Part shown: in pieces, positions 1-10,115 of the stretch
How positions within the stretch are numbered: the first letter of the stretch is position 1
Layout: every line of letters begins with the position of its first letter
Virus record (IMG/VR): IMGVR_UViG_3300026334_000001
Span: 1 to 64,000 of that record
DNA length: 64,000 nucleotides
Source of the DNA: a virus
Reading direction: 5' to 3' (one strand)
Position numbers and translations under genes: made by a program
The notes under the pieces: generated by a model
Told to the model about the DNA's origin: nothing
Databases searched by the model: none
What the model saw: the letters and a program-made list of their open reading frames with translations, nothing else

Positions 1-333
1 ATGATTCAAGCAGAACAAGTTAAAGCTGATAATGATCAAGCGAAGAGAGAAGTAGATTACTATAAGATTGATAAAGATTACGAAAAAGCAGTTGAAGTTG
101 CAAGGATTGGAGCAGAGAGTAAATTAAGTAGTGACTTTATGAATGCTACTGGAGGTCAAGAAGAGATAGCAGGTCTTGAAGAAAGAAGTATTAAACGTGA
201 AGAGTTGTTTAAAAAGGATCAATTAGCGAGAGAGCAACTTTCAAAAGATGAAGAAAAAAACAAGAGAGATAACGATACTAAACGGTATGTAGCTGATAAA
301 CAATACAGTATCGCTAAGGTAAATAAGAATTAA
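1..333 (+). CDS. Portal protein, C-terminal fragment (gene starts before the window)
   Basis: Charged coiled-coil tail ending ...IAKVNKN, directly upstream of the scaffold-like and MCP genes; crAss-like order is terminase-portal-gene77-MCP. Positional inference. Confidence 0.7.
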   Translation: MIQAEQVKADNDQAKREVDYYKIDKDYEKAVEVARIGAESKLSSDFMNATGGQEEIAGLEERSIKREELFKKDQLAREQLSKDEEKNKRDNDTKRYVADKQYSIAKVNKN

Positions 334-335
334 TT

Positions 336-396
336 TCTATATATTATAATAGTCTTTCGTATCTTAGCAAAAGTGATCGAATTATCTATATATTAT
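336..396 (+). repeat. 12-bp direct repeat TCTATATATTAT (336-347, 385-396) in the portal/scaffold intergenic region
   Basis: Two exact copies 49 bp apart, seen directly. Confidence 0.75.
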
Positions 397-461
397 TAAT
401 ATGTAAAACAGAGTTATAAAATAGTTGATAATTAAAAAAGAAACACTAAATTAGTCCTATT

Positions 462-1586
462 ATGATTAACGGAACACTTAACGATAACAAATCAGAAGAA
501 TTTACTTTAGATGCCTCAAATGGTCTTGGTAAATTACTCGGAGCTATCCCTACTGAAAGAGAAGATGTAGCGGATGATGTTGAAGATACTGAAGAAGCAG
601 ATAAAGAAACTGATGATTCAGATGATAAGTCAGATGATAAACCAGATGGCGAAGAAGAAAATAAATCTGAAGATAAAGCCGATAAAGCTGAAGATAAATC
701 AGAAGGTGATAAAGATTCTAATGAGGAAGATGAAACGCTGAAAGAATTTGTTTCTTTATTAGGTATTGATGAAATCGAAGGTGATTTTGAACCTACTCTT
801 GAAGGTATGGCTCAAATTGCTAAACAAGTAGCTGACACTTCTAGGAAAGAAGGAAAGATCGAAGGAATTAAAGAATTGTTCGGTCATATGCCAGTTGTTA
901 AACAGTTGGTAGAACATTTAGCAGATGGCTTATCTATTGATACTTTCTTGAAGCAACAAAATAGAACTGATTGGTCTAAGGTTATTTTAGATGAAGATAA
1001 GCCAGAAGTACTAGAAGCTATTTATAGAAGATCATTAGAAGCTAAAGGAACTGATGCTGATGAAATTGAAGATCTAGTTGAAGTAGCTAAAGATACAAAT
1101 AAACTATATCAAAGAGCAGATAAAGGTAAGGAATTCTTACAGAAGAAAGAAGATGCTCTTATACAAGGAGATATAGATAGAGAGAAACAACTTATTAAGA
1201 AACATCAAGATGAACAAGATGCAATTGTTGCAGAGATTGATTCAATTCTTAATACAGGTAATCTTGCAGGTATTAAACTTGACAAGGCTACTGCTCAATC
1301 GTTGGAGAAGTTTATTTTCAATACTGATGATAAAGGAGTAACAGCTAGAGATGTTAAATGGAATGGTTTAACAAATGAGCAAAGAGTTCTATTGGATTAT
1401 ATTGTAATGAATGATTTCAAACCTCTTGGTATTACAACTGCTGCTAAAGAAAAAGAAGTTAAGAAGATAGTAGCTATTAAAAGAAGTAATGATACCAAGA
1501 AGAAACCAGATATGAATTCATCTAAAAGTGGATCTTCTTCAATGAAGATAAGTTCAATTAAAGATTTATTAGGTAATAATGATTAA
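462..1586 (+). CDS. Acidic scaffold-like head assembly protein (crAss 'gene 77' position)
   Basis: D/E/K-rich low-complexity N-terminus, helical remainder, immediately upstream of MCP. Confidence 0.65.
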   Translation: MINGTLNDNKSEEFTLDASNGLGKLLGAIPTEREDVADDVEDTEEADKETDDSDDKSDDKPDGEEENKSEDKADKAEDKSEGDKDSNEEDETLKEFVSLLGIDEIEGDFEPTLEGMAQIAKQVADTSRKEGKIEGIKELFGHMPVVKQLVEHLADGLSIDTFLKQQNRTDWSKVILDEDKPEVLEAIYRRSLEAKGTDADEIEDLVEVAKDTNKLYQRADKGKEFLQKKEDALIQGDIDREKQLIKKHQDEQDAIVAEIDSILNTGNLAGIKLDKATAQSLEKFIFNTDDKGVTARDVKWNGLTNEQRVLLDYIVMNDFKPLGITTAAKEKEVKKIVAIKRSNDTKKKPDMNSSKSGSSSMKISSIKDLLGNND

Positions 1587-1597
1587 TTTTAAACAAA

Positions 1598-3043
1598 ATG
1601 CGTGGAGTTAAAGCAGAATTTGTACTTACAAAAGACACCTACAGAGAAAAGGATCATTCTTCGGTAACAGAGTTATCAAGAGCGATGCAGAATGAAGGTT
1701 CATGGCTATCTAGTGTAGTAACACACATGAACTACTCTAGTAAGGATTATGGTAAGCAAAACTTTCCGATGTTGATGTTAACAGAGGGAATGGGTAATGT
1801 TAAAAAAGTTAAAGATTTTGATTACAAGTTCCCTGTTATTGGTCGTCCTAAAAAGACATCAAGAGTAGCAAGGAATCTTTATCAAGCAGGTGATAAACCT
1901 GGAGTTGGAAGAAGCAAGTTTGTTATTCCATTCGAAGACAAATTGTTTGCTAATCAACAGACTCTTGTTACAAAAGGAGATGTTCAAGTACGTGTTCAAG
2001 GAGAACCAGAATACAAAAACGGAGCTTATCAATATACCGTTCAATTATGGAATGCTTCTGAAACTGCATTTTGTGCATTGAACTTATTAGCAGAGAGTGT
2101 AGTATGGGCAGGTTCAGTATTTAAGGCTCCTTATGAGGATTCTTATGGTGTTGAATCACGTAGTTACTTAGGTGGTACTGCTACTAATATGACATCACTT
2201 GTTCGTAATAGTTACAAATTAAAAGGTAACGTACAGAATAAGATTATGATGTATACTATCAAGGCTGATGGTAAAACATTTACATATTATACTGATTGGG
2301 AAATGTTCTTAGCAGATCTTGCATTCAAAGAACAATGTGAGTATGATATCTGGACATCTAAATATGGTAGAGATAGCAAAGGTGAGTTTATCATGTATGA
2401 TGAATTGACTGGAGTAGGTATTCCATCTGGTGCTGGTATTGATCCTCAAATTCCAAATAGAGATTCGCATTCAGCGTTGACTTATAAGAAGTTGTCAGGT
2501 TACATTCGTGATATTACATTTAATATTACTGATGCTACAGCTAATGTAGAAATCTGGACTGGTACTGGTGGTATGGAAGATATCAACAATGCATTAAAAG
2601 ATGATTTAAAAGGTTTTGCATTAATTGATAGTAAACAGTATTCAGAAGGTGGTAATAGCTATGATATGGTTTATGGCTCGTACTTCAAAGCATTTAGACA
2701 TCAAGATGGAGCAATGGTTACATTCCGTCATCATCCAATGTTTGATCGTGGTATTCGTGGAGATATTTCAGATATTCATCCGATTAGCGGATTACCAAAA
2801 TCATCACATGACTTGTATATCTTAGATCGTTCAACTTACGAAGGGGAAAACAATTTCCAGTATGTAATGGAAGAAGGTCGTGAGTATACTCAATGGTCAG
2901 TAATGGGATCTATTGTACCTAAAGGATTCAAAGCATCAGATTCTCGTGCATCAGATCGTGACAGTTCATCTGTACATGGTATGAAATCACAAGGTATTCA
3001 GATCATGAAACCTACAGGTTGTTTAAAATCAGAGTGTATCTAA
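1598..3043 (+). CDS. Major capsid protein (crAss-like)
   Basis: 481 aa; motifs such as IPSGAGIDPQI, WTGTGG, YGSYFKAFRHQDGAMVTFRHHPMFD and HPISGLP resemble crAss-family MCPs; codon choice suggests high expression. Confidence 0.9.
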   Translation: MRGVKAEFVLTKDTYREKDHSSVTELSRAMQNEGSWLSSVVTHMNYSSKDYGKQNFPMLMLTEGMGNVKKVKDFDYKFPVIGRPKKTSRVARNLYQAGDKPGVGRSKFVIPFEDKLFANQQTLVTKGDVQVRVQGEPEYKNGAYQYTVQLWNASETAFCALNLLAESVVWAGSVFKAPYEDSYGVESRSYLGGTATNMTSLVRNSYKLKGNVQNKIMMYTIKADGKTFTYYTDWEMFLADLAFKEQCEYDIWTSKYGRDSKGEFIMYDELTGVGIPSGAGIDPQIPNRDSHSALTYKKLSGYIRDITFNITDATANVEIWTGTGGMEDINNALKDDLKGFALIDSKQYSEGGNSYDMVYGSYFKAFRHQDGAMVTFRHHPMFDRGIRGDISDIHPISGLPKSSHDLYILDRSTYEGENNFQYVMEEGREYTQWSVMGSIVPKGFKASDSRASDRDSSSVHGMKSQGIQIMKPTGCLKSECI

Positions 3044-3061
3044 AAATAGGAGGAATTAAAA

Positions 3062-3955
3062 ATGAGCATGGAAAAATATGTTGTTGTAAAACTGAATGAT
3101 AAAAGAAATGTATTCACTACTGTACCTAAATCCATGAGGGACGAGGTAGTTAAAAAGATTGGTTCTTATTTCAAAGAAGGTACACGAGATGTAGCTAGAG
3201 GTTTTAGTCCAGATTTAGAGCGTATTATTATGCCTGATATTATTGGACTACAGCCAAATGAAATGGGCTATACTTCTAAGGTTAGAGATTTTTGGGCTGA
3301 CTTTAGTTTAATTCCTACTGTTGCAGGTGTACGATTGAACATTGCAACTAGAAAAGAGAAAATCAAGATTGGAGATAATGAGGAAGATATTGATATGCCT
3401 GTAAATCCAGATGATTTCATGGCATATCAAATCTGCCTCAATCATCCTCTCATAGCTAAGACAAAAGAGGAAAGAGAAAACTTGGATAACTATGATTACT
3501 ACATGATTGATGAAGCAGAGAAAGAACAACAAGAATTAGATGCTTATGAGATTGTAGAAAAAGCAGATACATTATTTGCTCGTCTAGTTAGTAAGTTTAC
3601 TGAAAACTCTAGTAAGATCAATTGGATCTTAGAATTATTGAAATCAAAAGGAGAGTTCTTCTCTTCAGAGATGGAAGATACTAAGAAAAAAATGATGTTG
3701 CGTAAGAAGAAAGAAGAAGATCCAACATCATTCTACAAAGTAGCTAATGATCCACATCTTGAACAAAAAGCGTTCTTATTGCAATGTCTACAATATGATG
3801 TTCTTACTAAGGAAGGTAATGATTATTACAATCTTGATGAAAACATAGGCAGTGAAAAAGCTGTAATAGCATATCTAGGAAAGACAGAAAAATCGCAAGC
3901 AGTTGCAATTTTGAAATCAAAATTAGAGGCTAAAATGATAACTTCTAAAAAATAA
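3062..3955 (+). CDS. Conserved crAss-like protein downstream of MCP ('gene 75' position)
   Basis: Gene order plus motifs (PVNPDDFMAYQICLNHP, DPTSFYKVANDPHLEQKA). Confidence 0.65.
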   Translation: MSMEKYVVVKLNDKRNVFTTVPKSMRDEVVKKIGSYFKEGTRDVARGFSPDLERIIMPDIIGLQPNEMGYTSKVRDFWADFSLIPTVAGVRLNIATRKEKIKIGDNEEDIDMPVNPDDFMAYQICLNHPLIAKTKEERENLDNYDYYMIDEAEKEQQELDAYEIVEKADTLFARLVSKFTENSSKINWILELLKSKGEFFSSEMEDTKKKMMLRKKKEEDPTSFYKVANDPHLEQKAFLLQCLQYDVLTKEGNDYYNLDENIGSEKAVIAYLGKTEKSQAVAILKSKLEAKMITSKK

Positions 3956-3960
3956 TTAAA

Positions 3961-4998
3961 ATGAGATATTTATTAGTAGGTACTGATACCAAGTACGCAT
4001 CAGCAGGAGGTGTAGTAAACACAGCGTTTACTCCAAATCTGCTAGATTTAGGATCAGTTGGTATTTATGGAGTTGATCCTAAAGGAATCACAGCATTTAA
4101 CGGAAAAGATAAATTAAACTTAATAGTAGGATTAGGAACAGCTAACTCTGATGTAGTTGGTAGTTATGCTATTAATGCAGCAGCATTTACTGGTAAGTCA
4201 GTTAGATTCTGCGTTGGATTAGGTAGTGGTAAATTTTATCAGTCGCCATCATTTCAGGTAGCAGGTTTGCAGTATGTAAATGGTAATAAGTATGTTGCTC
4301 CTGTAGCACAGATCTTATATGTAGGATACGATGAAGTAATTGCTGCTCAAACTATCTTAATTGATACAGTTAACTATACTGGTCCACGTAATAATGCTAC
4401 TATTAAAGTAATAGAAAACCTTCCAGGTACATATGATAAGGATTTCTTCTATTACAATGTTAATTATGCAGCTGGTATGACAGCAGTACAATTATGTACA
4501 GCATTGGCTACTGCTGTTAATAATCCTATTGATGGAAGTGCTCCTATCTTTACAGCTTCAGTTGTAAACAGTGGTGCTAGTTATGGGGTTAAAATGGTAG
4601 TAAATGATGTAGAACGTAACTTTGATGTTACTGGTCAAGAAGCTATTGAAGGATCACCTACTACAAAGAAAGGTCCAACAATTGGAGCTGGCTATCCTGC
4701 ACAATTAAAGAGAATTGAAAGATACTCTAATGTGTATAGAGGTGACTTCTACTTGTATTGTGGAATTGACAAACATTTGGCAACACAGGTTAATGATGCT
4801 AAGACATATGATACATATGACATCTTCGGTATTAATCAAGGGTTAGCAAAAGATGGTCAGAAAACCATAGTTGATAATGATGTTCATGTAATGGTAGCAT
4901 TTGAAGTTGAAGCTGATGTGGTTGGAACAAACCAACAAGCTGACTTTGAAAATATCATGGAGATTCTTTATCCTAAAACAATTTCAGTATCAGCATAA
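3961..4998 (+). CDS. Putative auxiliary capsid / structural protein ('gene 74' position)
   Basis: Beta-rich composition, GAGYPAQL and TYDTY motifs, position in the head module. Confidence 0.55.
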   Translation: MRYLLVGTDTKYASAGGVVNTAFTPNLLDLGSVGIYGVDPKGITAFNGKDKLNLIVGLGTANSDVVGSYAINAAAFTGKSVRFCVGLGSGKFYQSPSFQVAGLQYVNGNKYVAPVAQILYVGYDEVIAAQTILIDTVNYTGPRNNATIKVIENLPGTYDKDFFYYNVNYAAGMTAVQLCTALATAVNNPIDGSAPIFTASVVNSGASYGVKMVVNDVERNFDVTGQEAIEGSPTTKKGPTIGAGYPAQLKRIERYSNVYRGDFYLYCGIDKHLATQVNDAKTYDTYDIFGINQGLAKDGQKTIVDNDVHVMVAFEVEADVVGTNQQADFENIMEILYPKTISVSA

Positions 4999-5002
4999 TA
5001 TT

Positions 5003-5974
5003 ATGTATATAAAAACTATGCATATATTGATTGAGCAGAAACTCCAAAATCTTGGAGTTTTTGCTTATTCAGATATACGACCAGAACAAACAGATATGCA
5101 GATTTATTCTGTATTAATTAAGGAGATTGAATTACTCTTTGATTCTGAAAAGAAAGGTAAAGGGTATGAAGATACAGAAAGAAGAACTGAAAGATTTAAA
5201 GAATTAAAGGTTAAAGATTTTAAAATAACTGCTCTTTATAAAGCAGAAGAATATTATAGTGCTGGATTACCAGATGATTACTATTATCTAATTAGAGATA
5301 GGTCAGAAGTTTGGTATGAATGTTCTCAAAAGAGTATTTTATCTGGAGAGATAGAAAAGAATGTTCCTTATTTAGTCAAGAAAGGAAGTATCACCTATAA
5401 TTCTCTTTCTTTCCTAGAAGGACAAACCTTTGTAGGAGTAACTGGAGTTACTGGTTATGTAGGAACTGGAACAGTTATTAAATTGAAAGTAAATAAAAGT
5501 CCTAATAGATTAACTGATGAAGAAGAATTAGATGATGTATTAATCAATAGTCTTACAAAGACAGATAAATTATTCCCTATTAGTTCGTTAGCGACAAATA
5601 AAATATACGTATACTTTGATGATTTTTTTGTAAATAGTATACAAATTACGTATCTTAAAAAACCTAAACAACCAAATTATAGATTTCCAGTTATTACAAG
5701 TGGAGCTACTTTAGCAGCAGGAAAATATGAAACAATTGAAGGTAATATTGTGGTAGATACTATAACTTTTCAACCATTTCAAAGTTTTGTATCAAATGGT
5801 ACAGTAGTTGTACCAAGTGGAACTAAAGTTAGATTATATAAAGATGGTGATTTGGAAGTTTCTGATGCAGTATGTTATATGTTAATAGATAGAACAGCAG
5901 AAGCAATATCTATTATAACTCAACAAGATCAACAGAAGATTGTTAATATGAAGCAAGATGGTATACCAAGCTAG
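5003..5974 (+). CDS. Putative tail ring / head-tail adaptor protein ('gene 73' position)
   Basis: Start reassigned to ATG 5003 (MYIKTMH); LPDDYYYLI and ITYLKKPKQP motifs are typical of ring/adaptor proteins. Confidence 0.6.
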   Translation: MYIKTMHILIEQKLQNLGVFAYSDIRPEQTDMQIYSVLIKEIELLFDSEKKGKGYEDTERRTERFKELKVKDFKITALYKAEEYYSAGLPDDYYYLIRDRSEVWYECSQKSILSGEIEKNVPYLVKKGSITYNSLSFLEGQTFVGVTGVTGYVGTGTVIKLKVNKSPNRLTDEEELDDVLINSLTKTDKLFPISSLATNKIYVYFDDFFVNSIQITYLKKPKQPNYRFPVITSGATLAAGKYETIEGNIVVDTITFQPFQSFVSNGTVVVPSGTKVRLYKDGDLEVSDAVCYMLIDRTAEAISIITQQDQQKIVNMKQDGIPS

Positions 5975-6464
5975 TTTTAAAGTAAATCAAGAAGGAGATC
6001 CATCTACAATCATTATTGTAGATGACTCTACAAATCCAGGTGGAGAAGTTATTACTTCTAGGAAAGTAGAAGTGACTAAGACAGACTTGGTAGTTGTTAC
6101 ATACAATTTTACAGTTGGTGAAAGTACATTAAGTATAGCAGGATTTGATAAAGATTATGCTCTTGATATTAAGTTTATAGCAACTCCAGCAGTTGTAAAT
6201 GTAAATTCAGTTTATAATGTTACACATCAATTTGCTATGTTGGGCTATTCTCAACAAGGATGGACAGAAAGGCAGATTCAATTAGAAGTAGATGAAGATA
6301 TTTTAGATGTAAGATCATTCATTCAGCAATCAAATGAAATTAAGTATTACATGGATGTAGCTGATAATAGAATACTTTTCTCTGATCTAGTTGGATCACA
6401 ACAAGCTCTTGATTATGTATCAGATCTAATAGGAGCATCAAGTAAAAACATGAAAACTTGTTAA
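5958..6464 (+). CDS. Putative tail hub / structural protein
   Basis: Ig-like beta N-terminus with helical C-terminus; lies between ring and fibre genes. Confidence 0.45.
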   Translation: MVYQASFKVNQEGDPSTIIIVDDSTNPGGEVITSRKVEVTKTDLVVVTYNFTVGESTLSIAGFDKDYALDIKFIATPAVVNVNSVYNVTHQFAMLGYSQQGWTERQIQLEVDEDILDVRSFIQQSNEIKYYMDVADNRILFSDLVGSQQALDYVSDLIGASSKNMKTC

Positions 6465-6468
6465 GGAA

Positions 6469-7407
6469 ATGACATATTTCTATGATTTAGAAAAAACAAA
6501 CGAGATTCTCTTCAAAGCAAAGATGGTAAGTTCCAATGTGGGATTAGATATTATAAATACTAATTACATTGGAACTTCTTCTATGTATACAAATGAATTT
6601 ATTAGAATTAATCATCTAATGAATGCAGTTGAATATAGGAAGTTATATGATTTAGGAGATATAAGTTTTCAAAAACTAATAGCACAGTTAGAGAATTCAT
6701 TAGCAATTTCTATTAAGTTAGATAGTTATAATACACTTTACGGTTCTATAAATAGTGGAAATACTATTTATAATTTTGGCGGTATACAACCTACTAATGG
6801 AGTAAATGGAGTTGGTATAGTTAGTATTACAGATCTTGGAGGATCAATGAAGATTCTTCTTAGTGATGGGAGTCAATATATAATTAATATACCAGCAGGT
6901 CCAGCAGGAGCAAATGGTACAAATGGAGCAGATGGTCATAGTATAACTTTAACTAGTAGTTCTTATACAACTCTTGTTACTGGAAATACGCAAGTTACTC
7001 TTACTTTTTCTGATAGTAGTACTGCTGTATTTGTAGTACAAAAAGGATCAAAAGGAGATACTGGAACAAATGGTACTAATGGTACTAATGGAACCAACGG
7101 TAATAAGATTTATAAAGGTGCTACTATACCTATTGGAGCATTAGGTCTTGAAGGAGATGTATATATTCAAGATAATGGTGATTTTTATGAGAAGATAAGT
7201 GGAACTTGGATATTAAAGTTTAATATAATTGGTCCTGTAGGACCAGCAGGTCCAGATGGTCCAGCTGGAGTAAATGGAATTAATGGAACTAACGGTTTAG
7301 ATAGTACAGTTCCAGGACCCGCAGGTAGAAATGTACAAGTATTTGTACAATCTACTGCACCAACAGGGGGTACTTATTATGGTGGAGATATTTGGATAAA
7401 ACCATGA
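6469..7407 (+). CDS. Collagen-repeat tail fibre protein
   Basis: G-X-Y runs (GPAGANGTNGADG; GTNGTNGTNG; GPVGPAGPDGPAG); N-terminus paralogous to 8685-10115. Confidence 0.75.
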   Translation: MTYFYDLEKTNEILFKAKMVSSNVGLDIINTNYIGTSSMYTNEFIRINHLMNAVEYRKLYDLGDISFQKLIAQLENSLAISIKLDSYNTLYGSINSGNTIYNFGGIQPTNGVNGVGIVSITDLGGSMKILLSDGSQYIINIPAGPAGANGTNGADGHSITLTSSSYTTLVTGNTQVTLTFSDSSTAVFVVQKGSKGDTGTNGTNGTNGTNGNKIYKGATIPIGALGLEGDVYIQDNGDFYEKISGTWILKFNIIGPVGPAGPDGPAGVNGINGTNGLDSTVPGPAGRNVQVFVQSTAPTGGTYYGGDIWIKP

Positions 7408-8684
7408 GCGAGTTAAGAGTAAGAGATAATACAGGAAATTGGGTTAATGTATGTGATCGAGAAATTAGTTTCTTCGATCCAGTAAGTAATACATTTAAGA
7501 AATTCAAATCTGGAGATACTATTTGGGATGGTACTTCTTGGGTTACTATAACATGTCCTGTATTAACTTGGGTTGCTGGAGATTATACTTGTGAACTAAG
7601 TACAGATTTAACTATAACTGGATTTTCTGCTCCTTATTATTCGATTGTAGTAGCTGGAAAGATATATGTATCTAATTATTATAGTGGTAATCTATCTATT
7701 GTAGATAACACTAATACAATTATAGGTAATATATATTCTGGTTTTGATTATCCAACTACAGGAAGAGCATTAAGAAATATAGTAAAACATCCAACTGCTA
7801 ATAGAATTTTATCAGTTACATCAGCAGGTTCAGTTAATAGTTATATTATTACATTTGATTTAACAACTGGAACAACTCTTCCATATTTTGATATTGGATA
7901 TCAAAGAGTTAGAGAAATACAGTTAGTACCATTAACTAATTTAATGGGAATTGTTACAGATGGTGGAGGTTCAGCAAGATTCTATAATATAAATTCATTT
8001 GTAGAAGATACATCATTCACTTTATCAGTTCCAACAAATGATTGTTGGTTTATTAACTTTAATGCAACAGGATCAAAAGCTTATGTATTAAGAAGATATG
8101 GATATGTTAATATATATGATATGACAACCCATTCTTTATTAACTACATTAGATTGTTCTACAGTTCATACATCAGGAGGTAGTGTATTTTCAGAATGTCA
8201 AAGATATGCAAACAAATTATACATTACTAATAACTCTGATAATAGTGTTTATATCATTGACATGGATACTGATACAATTACTAGAAAGTTAATTGGAGCA
8301 GTACCATCATTTTCAAAAGCAATTCCAGAATTAAATAAGTTGTTTGTAAGTACAACAACTGGAACAGTTTTAGGTTATGATCTAGATACATTAGATCCTA
8401 CAGATAATATAACATTAGGAATAGGAAGTGTACCACTAGGAGATTTTGTTTACTTTGGTGGTTATTTATATGTTACTTATTTAGGTTCTCCACAAACAGG
8501 ATCTCCAGGAAATATACTTTATAGAATAGGATCTGGAGTAAGAACAGGAAAAAAATTTATATTAGATATTTGGGAGATGGCTGATGGAGTTCCTACTGGA
8601 AATACTCATGATAATTTATCAACTAATCCGAGTATAGGATTACCATACTTTCCACCAGAAACAGGTTCATTAGATTGTGTTTAA
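7404..8684 (+). CDS. YVTN/YncE-like beta-propeller protein, putative receptor-binding subunit
   Basis: KIYVSNYYSGNLSIVD, KLYITNNSDNSVYIID and YLYVT blades; ATG 7404 overlaps the upstream stop as ATGA. Confidence 0.65.
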   Translation: MSELRVRDNTGNWVNVCDREISFFDPVSNTFKKFKSGDTIWDGTSWVTITCPVLTWVAGDYTCELSTDLTITGFSAPYYSIVVAGKIYVSNYYSGNLSIVDNTNTIIGNIYSGFDYPTTGRALRNIVKHPTANRILSVTSAGSVNSYIITFDLTTGTTLPYFDIGYQRVREIQLVPLTNLMGIVTDGGGSARFYNINSFVEDTSFTLSVPTNDCWFINFNATGSKAYVLRRYGYVNIYDMTTHSLLTTLDCSTVHTSGGSVFSECQRYANKLYITNNSDNSVYIIDMDTDTITRKLIGAVPSFSKAIPELNKLFVSTTTGTVLGYDLDTLDPTDNITLGIGSVPLGDFVYFGGYLYVTYLGSPQTGSPGNILYRIGSGVRTGKKFILDIWEMADGVPTGNTHDNLSTNPSIGLPYFPPETGSLDCV

Positions 8685-10115
8685 ATGGCAACAACATTTT
8701 TTTCTCTAGATGAGATAAACGAGATTGTAACAAAAGGAAGAAATGCAATATCACTTTTAGGTTTGCGGATAGCAAATGAGAAGCAATATAGTATAGATTC
8801 TTCTTTCTATAATGATTTTGTCAGGTATAATAATATGCTTGATGCAATTACATATAGAAAAGATTACGATTGGGAAGATACAAGATTTCAAAAACTTGTT
8901 CTTAAGTTTTATGGAGCATTAAGACTGAATCAATTTTCAGCAGTTATTAATGCTAAGTATGGTCAAATTAATGATGGATTTATTATATTCAGTAATATAG
9001 GTTCAAATACTTTTCTAGAATTACTTGATGTGTTTGTTAGAACATATCTTGGAAAAGAAGGAGAAGTAATTACAATTCAAGGAAATGGATTAGTATCTAA
9101 GAAGATAACAGATTTAATTCCTTATAGACAACCTATAGCTTTTAATCCAAATCTAACTGGAGTATTTCCAACTCCTACAAATCCAAGTGATTTATTTTAT
9201 GTATCTGTAGAAGGAACAGCAAATGGTTTATTATTAAGACCTACTGATGTTATTATACCACGTCACGCTACACCAGATCCAACTAATATTGCAGATTGGA
9301 TTATCATTCAAGGATGGAATGCAGATAGTGGATTTTATACTAATCATAATTTAATACAGTCAGATTTAGGAGGTATTAAAAAAGGAGATACATTTAATGA
9401 AGTTCCATATAAAGAATTATGGGATAAGTTATTGTATCCTTATGTTCAACCTACTGTTTTTCTAAATACAGGGAATAATCTTACAGATATTTTTGAAAAA
9501 GGAACTGTACCAGTTGTTAATCTTACATGGTCAGTTACAAAGAAAAGTCTTCCTGTAATAGGTATTAAATTATATAAGCTTCCAGATACAGTTACTAATA
9601 TTCCAGGATTTGTACCACCGGCTTTACCATTTGATCCTTTACCAACTGCTAGTCAAGTAACAGGAGCTACTATACCAAGTGTAGGATATAGTACAGCTGT
9701 AGATAGTCATACTTGGGTATTAAAAGCTATTGATAATACAAATAACTATACTGTATCATATGGTATATCATTTGTATATCCTATATTATATGGAATGTCT
9801 AATCTTGTATTAGATAATACAAATCTATATGGAGCTTTAACTAAGTCAATAGCACAACAAGTTTATAATACTGATATACTATTTACTATAACTGGAGCAA
9901 GTAAATATATTTATTTTGCTTTTCCAGATGCAGTTAATACATTTAGGATATATGATTGGCAAGGTCTTGAAATTACAGATGCTTTTGATGTATCAACAGT
10001 AAATGCACAAAGCATAGGATTAACAAATAATTGGACTCATTCATACAAGGTTTTAAAATTAAAACATTTAACTTCCGTAATCAGATCTTCAACCTTTAAG
10101 TTAATAATTACATGA
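8685..10115 (+). CDS. Tail fibre / structural protein
   Basis: Helical anchor N-terminus shared with 6469; LGGIKKG...LWDKLLYPYVQP and KYIYFAFP motifs common in phage tail proteins. Confidence 0.6.
   Translation: MATTFFSLDEINEIVTKGRNAISLLGLRIANEKQYSIDSSFYNDFVRYNNMLDAITYRKDYDWEDTRFQKLVLKFYGALRLNQFSAVINAKYGQINDGFIIFSNIGSNTFLELLDVFVRTYLGKEGEVITIQGNGLVSKKITDLIPYRQPIAFNPNLTGVFPTPTNPSDLFYVSVEGTANGLLLRPTDVIIPRHATPDPTNIADWIIIQGWNADSGFYTNHNLIQSDLGGIKKGDTFNEVPYKELWDKLLYPYVQPTVFLNTGNNLTDIFEKGTVPVVNLTWSVTKKSLPVIGIKLYKLPDTVTNIPGFVPPALPFDPLPTASQVTGATIPSVGYSTAVDSHTWVLKAIDNTNNYTVSYGISFVYPILYGMSNLVLDNTNLYGALTKSIAQQVYNTDILFTITGASKYIYFAFPDAVNTFRIYDWQGLEITDAFDVSTVNAQSIGLTNNWTHSYKVLKLKHLTSVIRSSTFKLIIT

Noticed and set aside
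7060-7105. 9-bp tandem repeat (GGTACTAAT-like)
   Set aside because: Simply encodes collagen-like GTN triplets, with synonymous variation.
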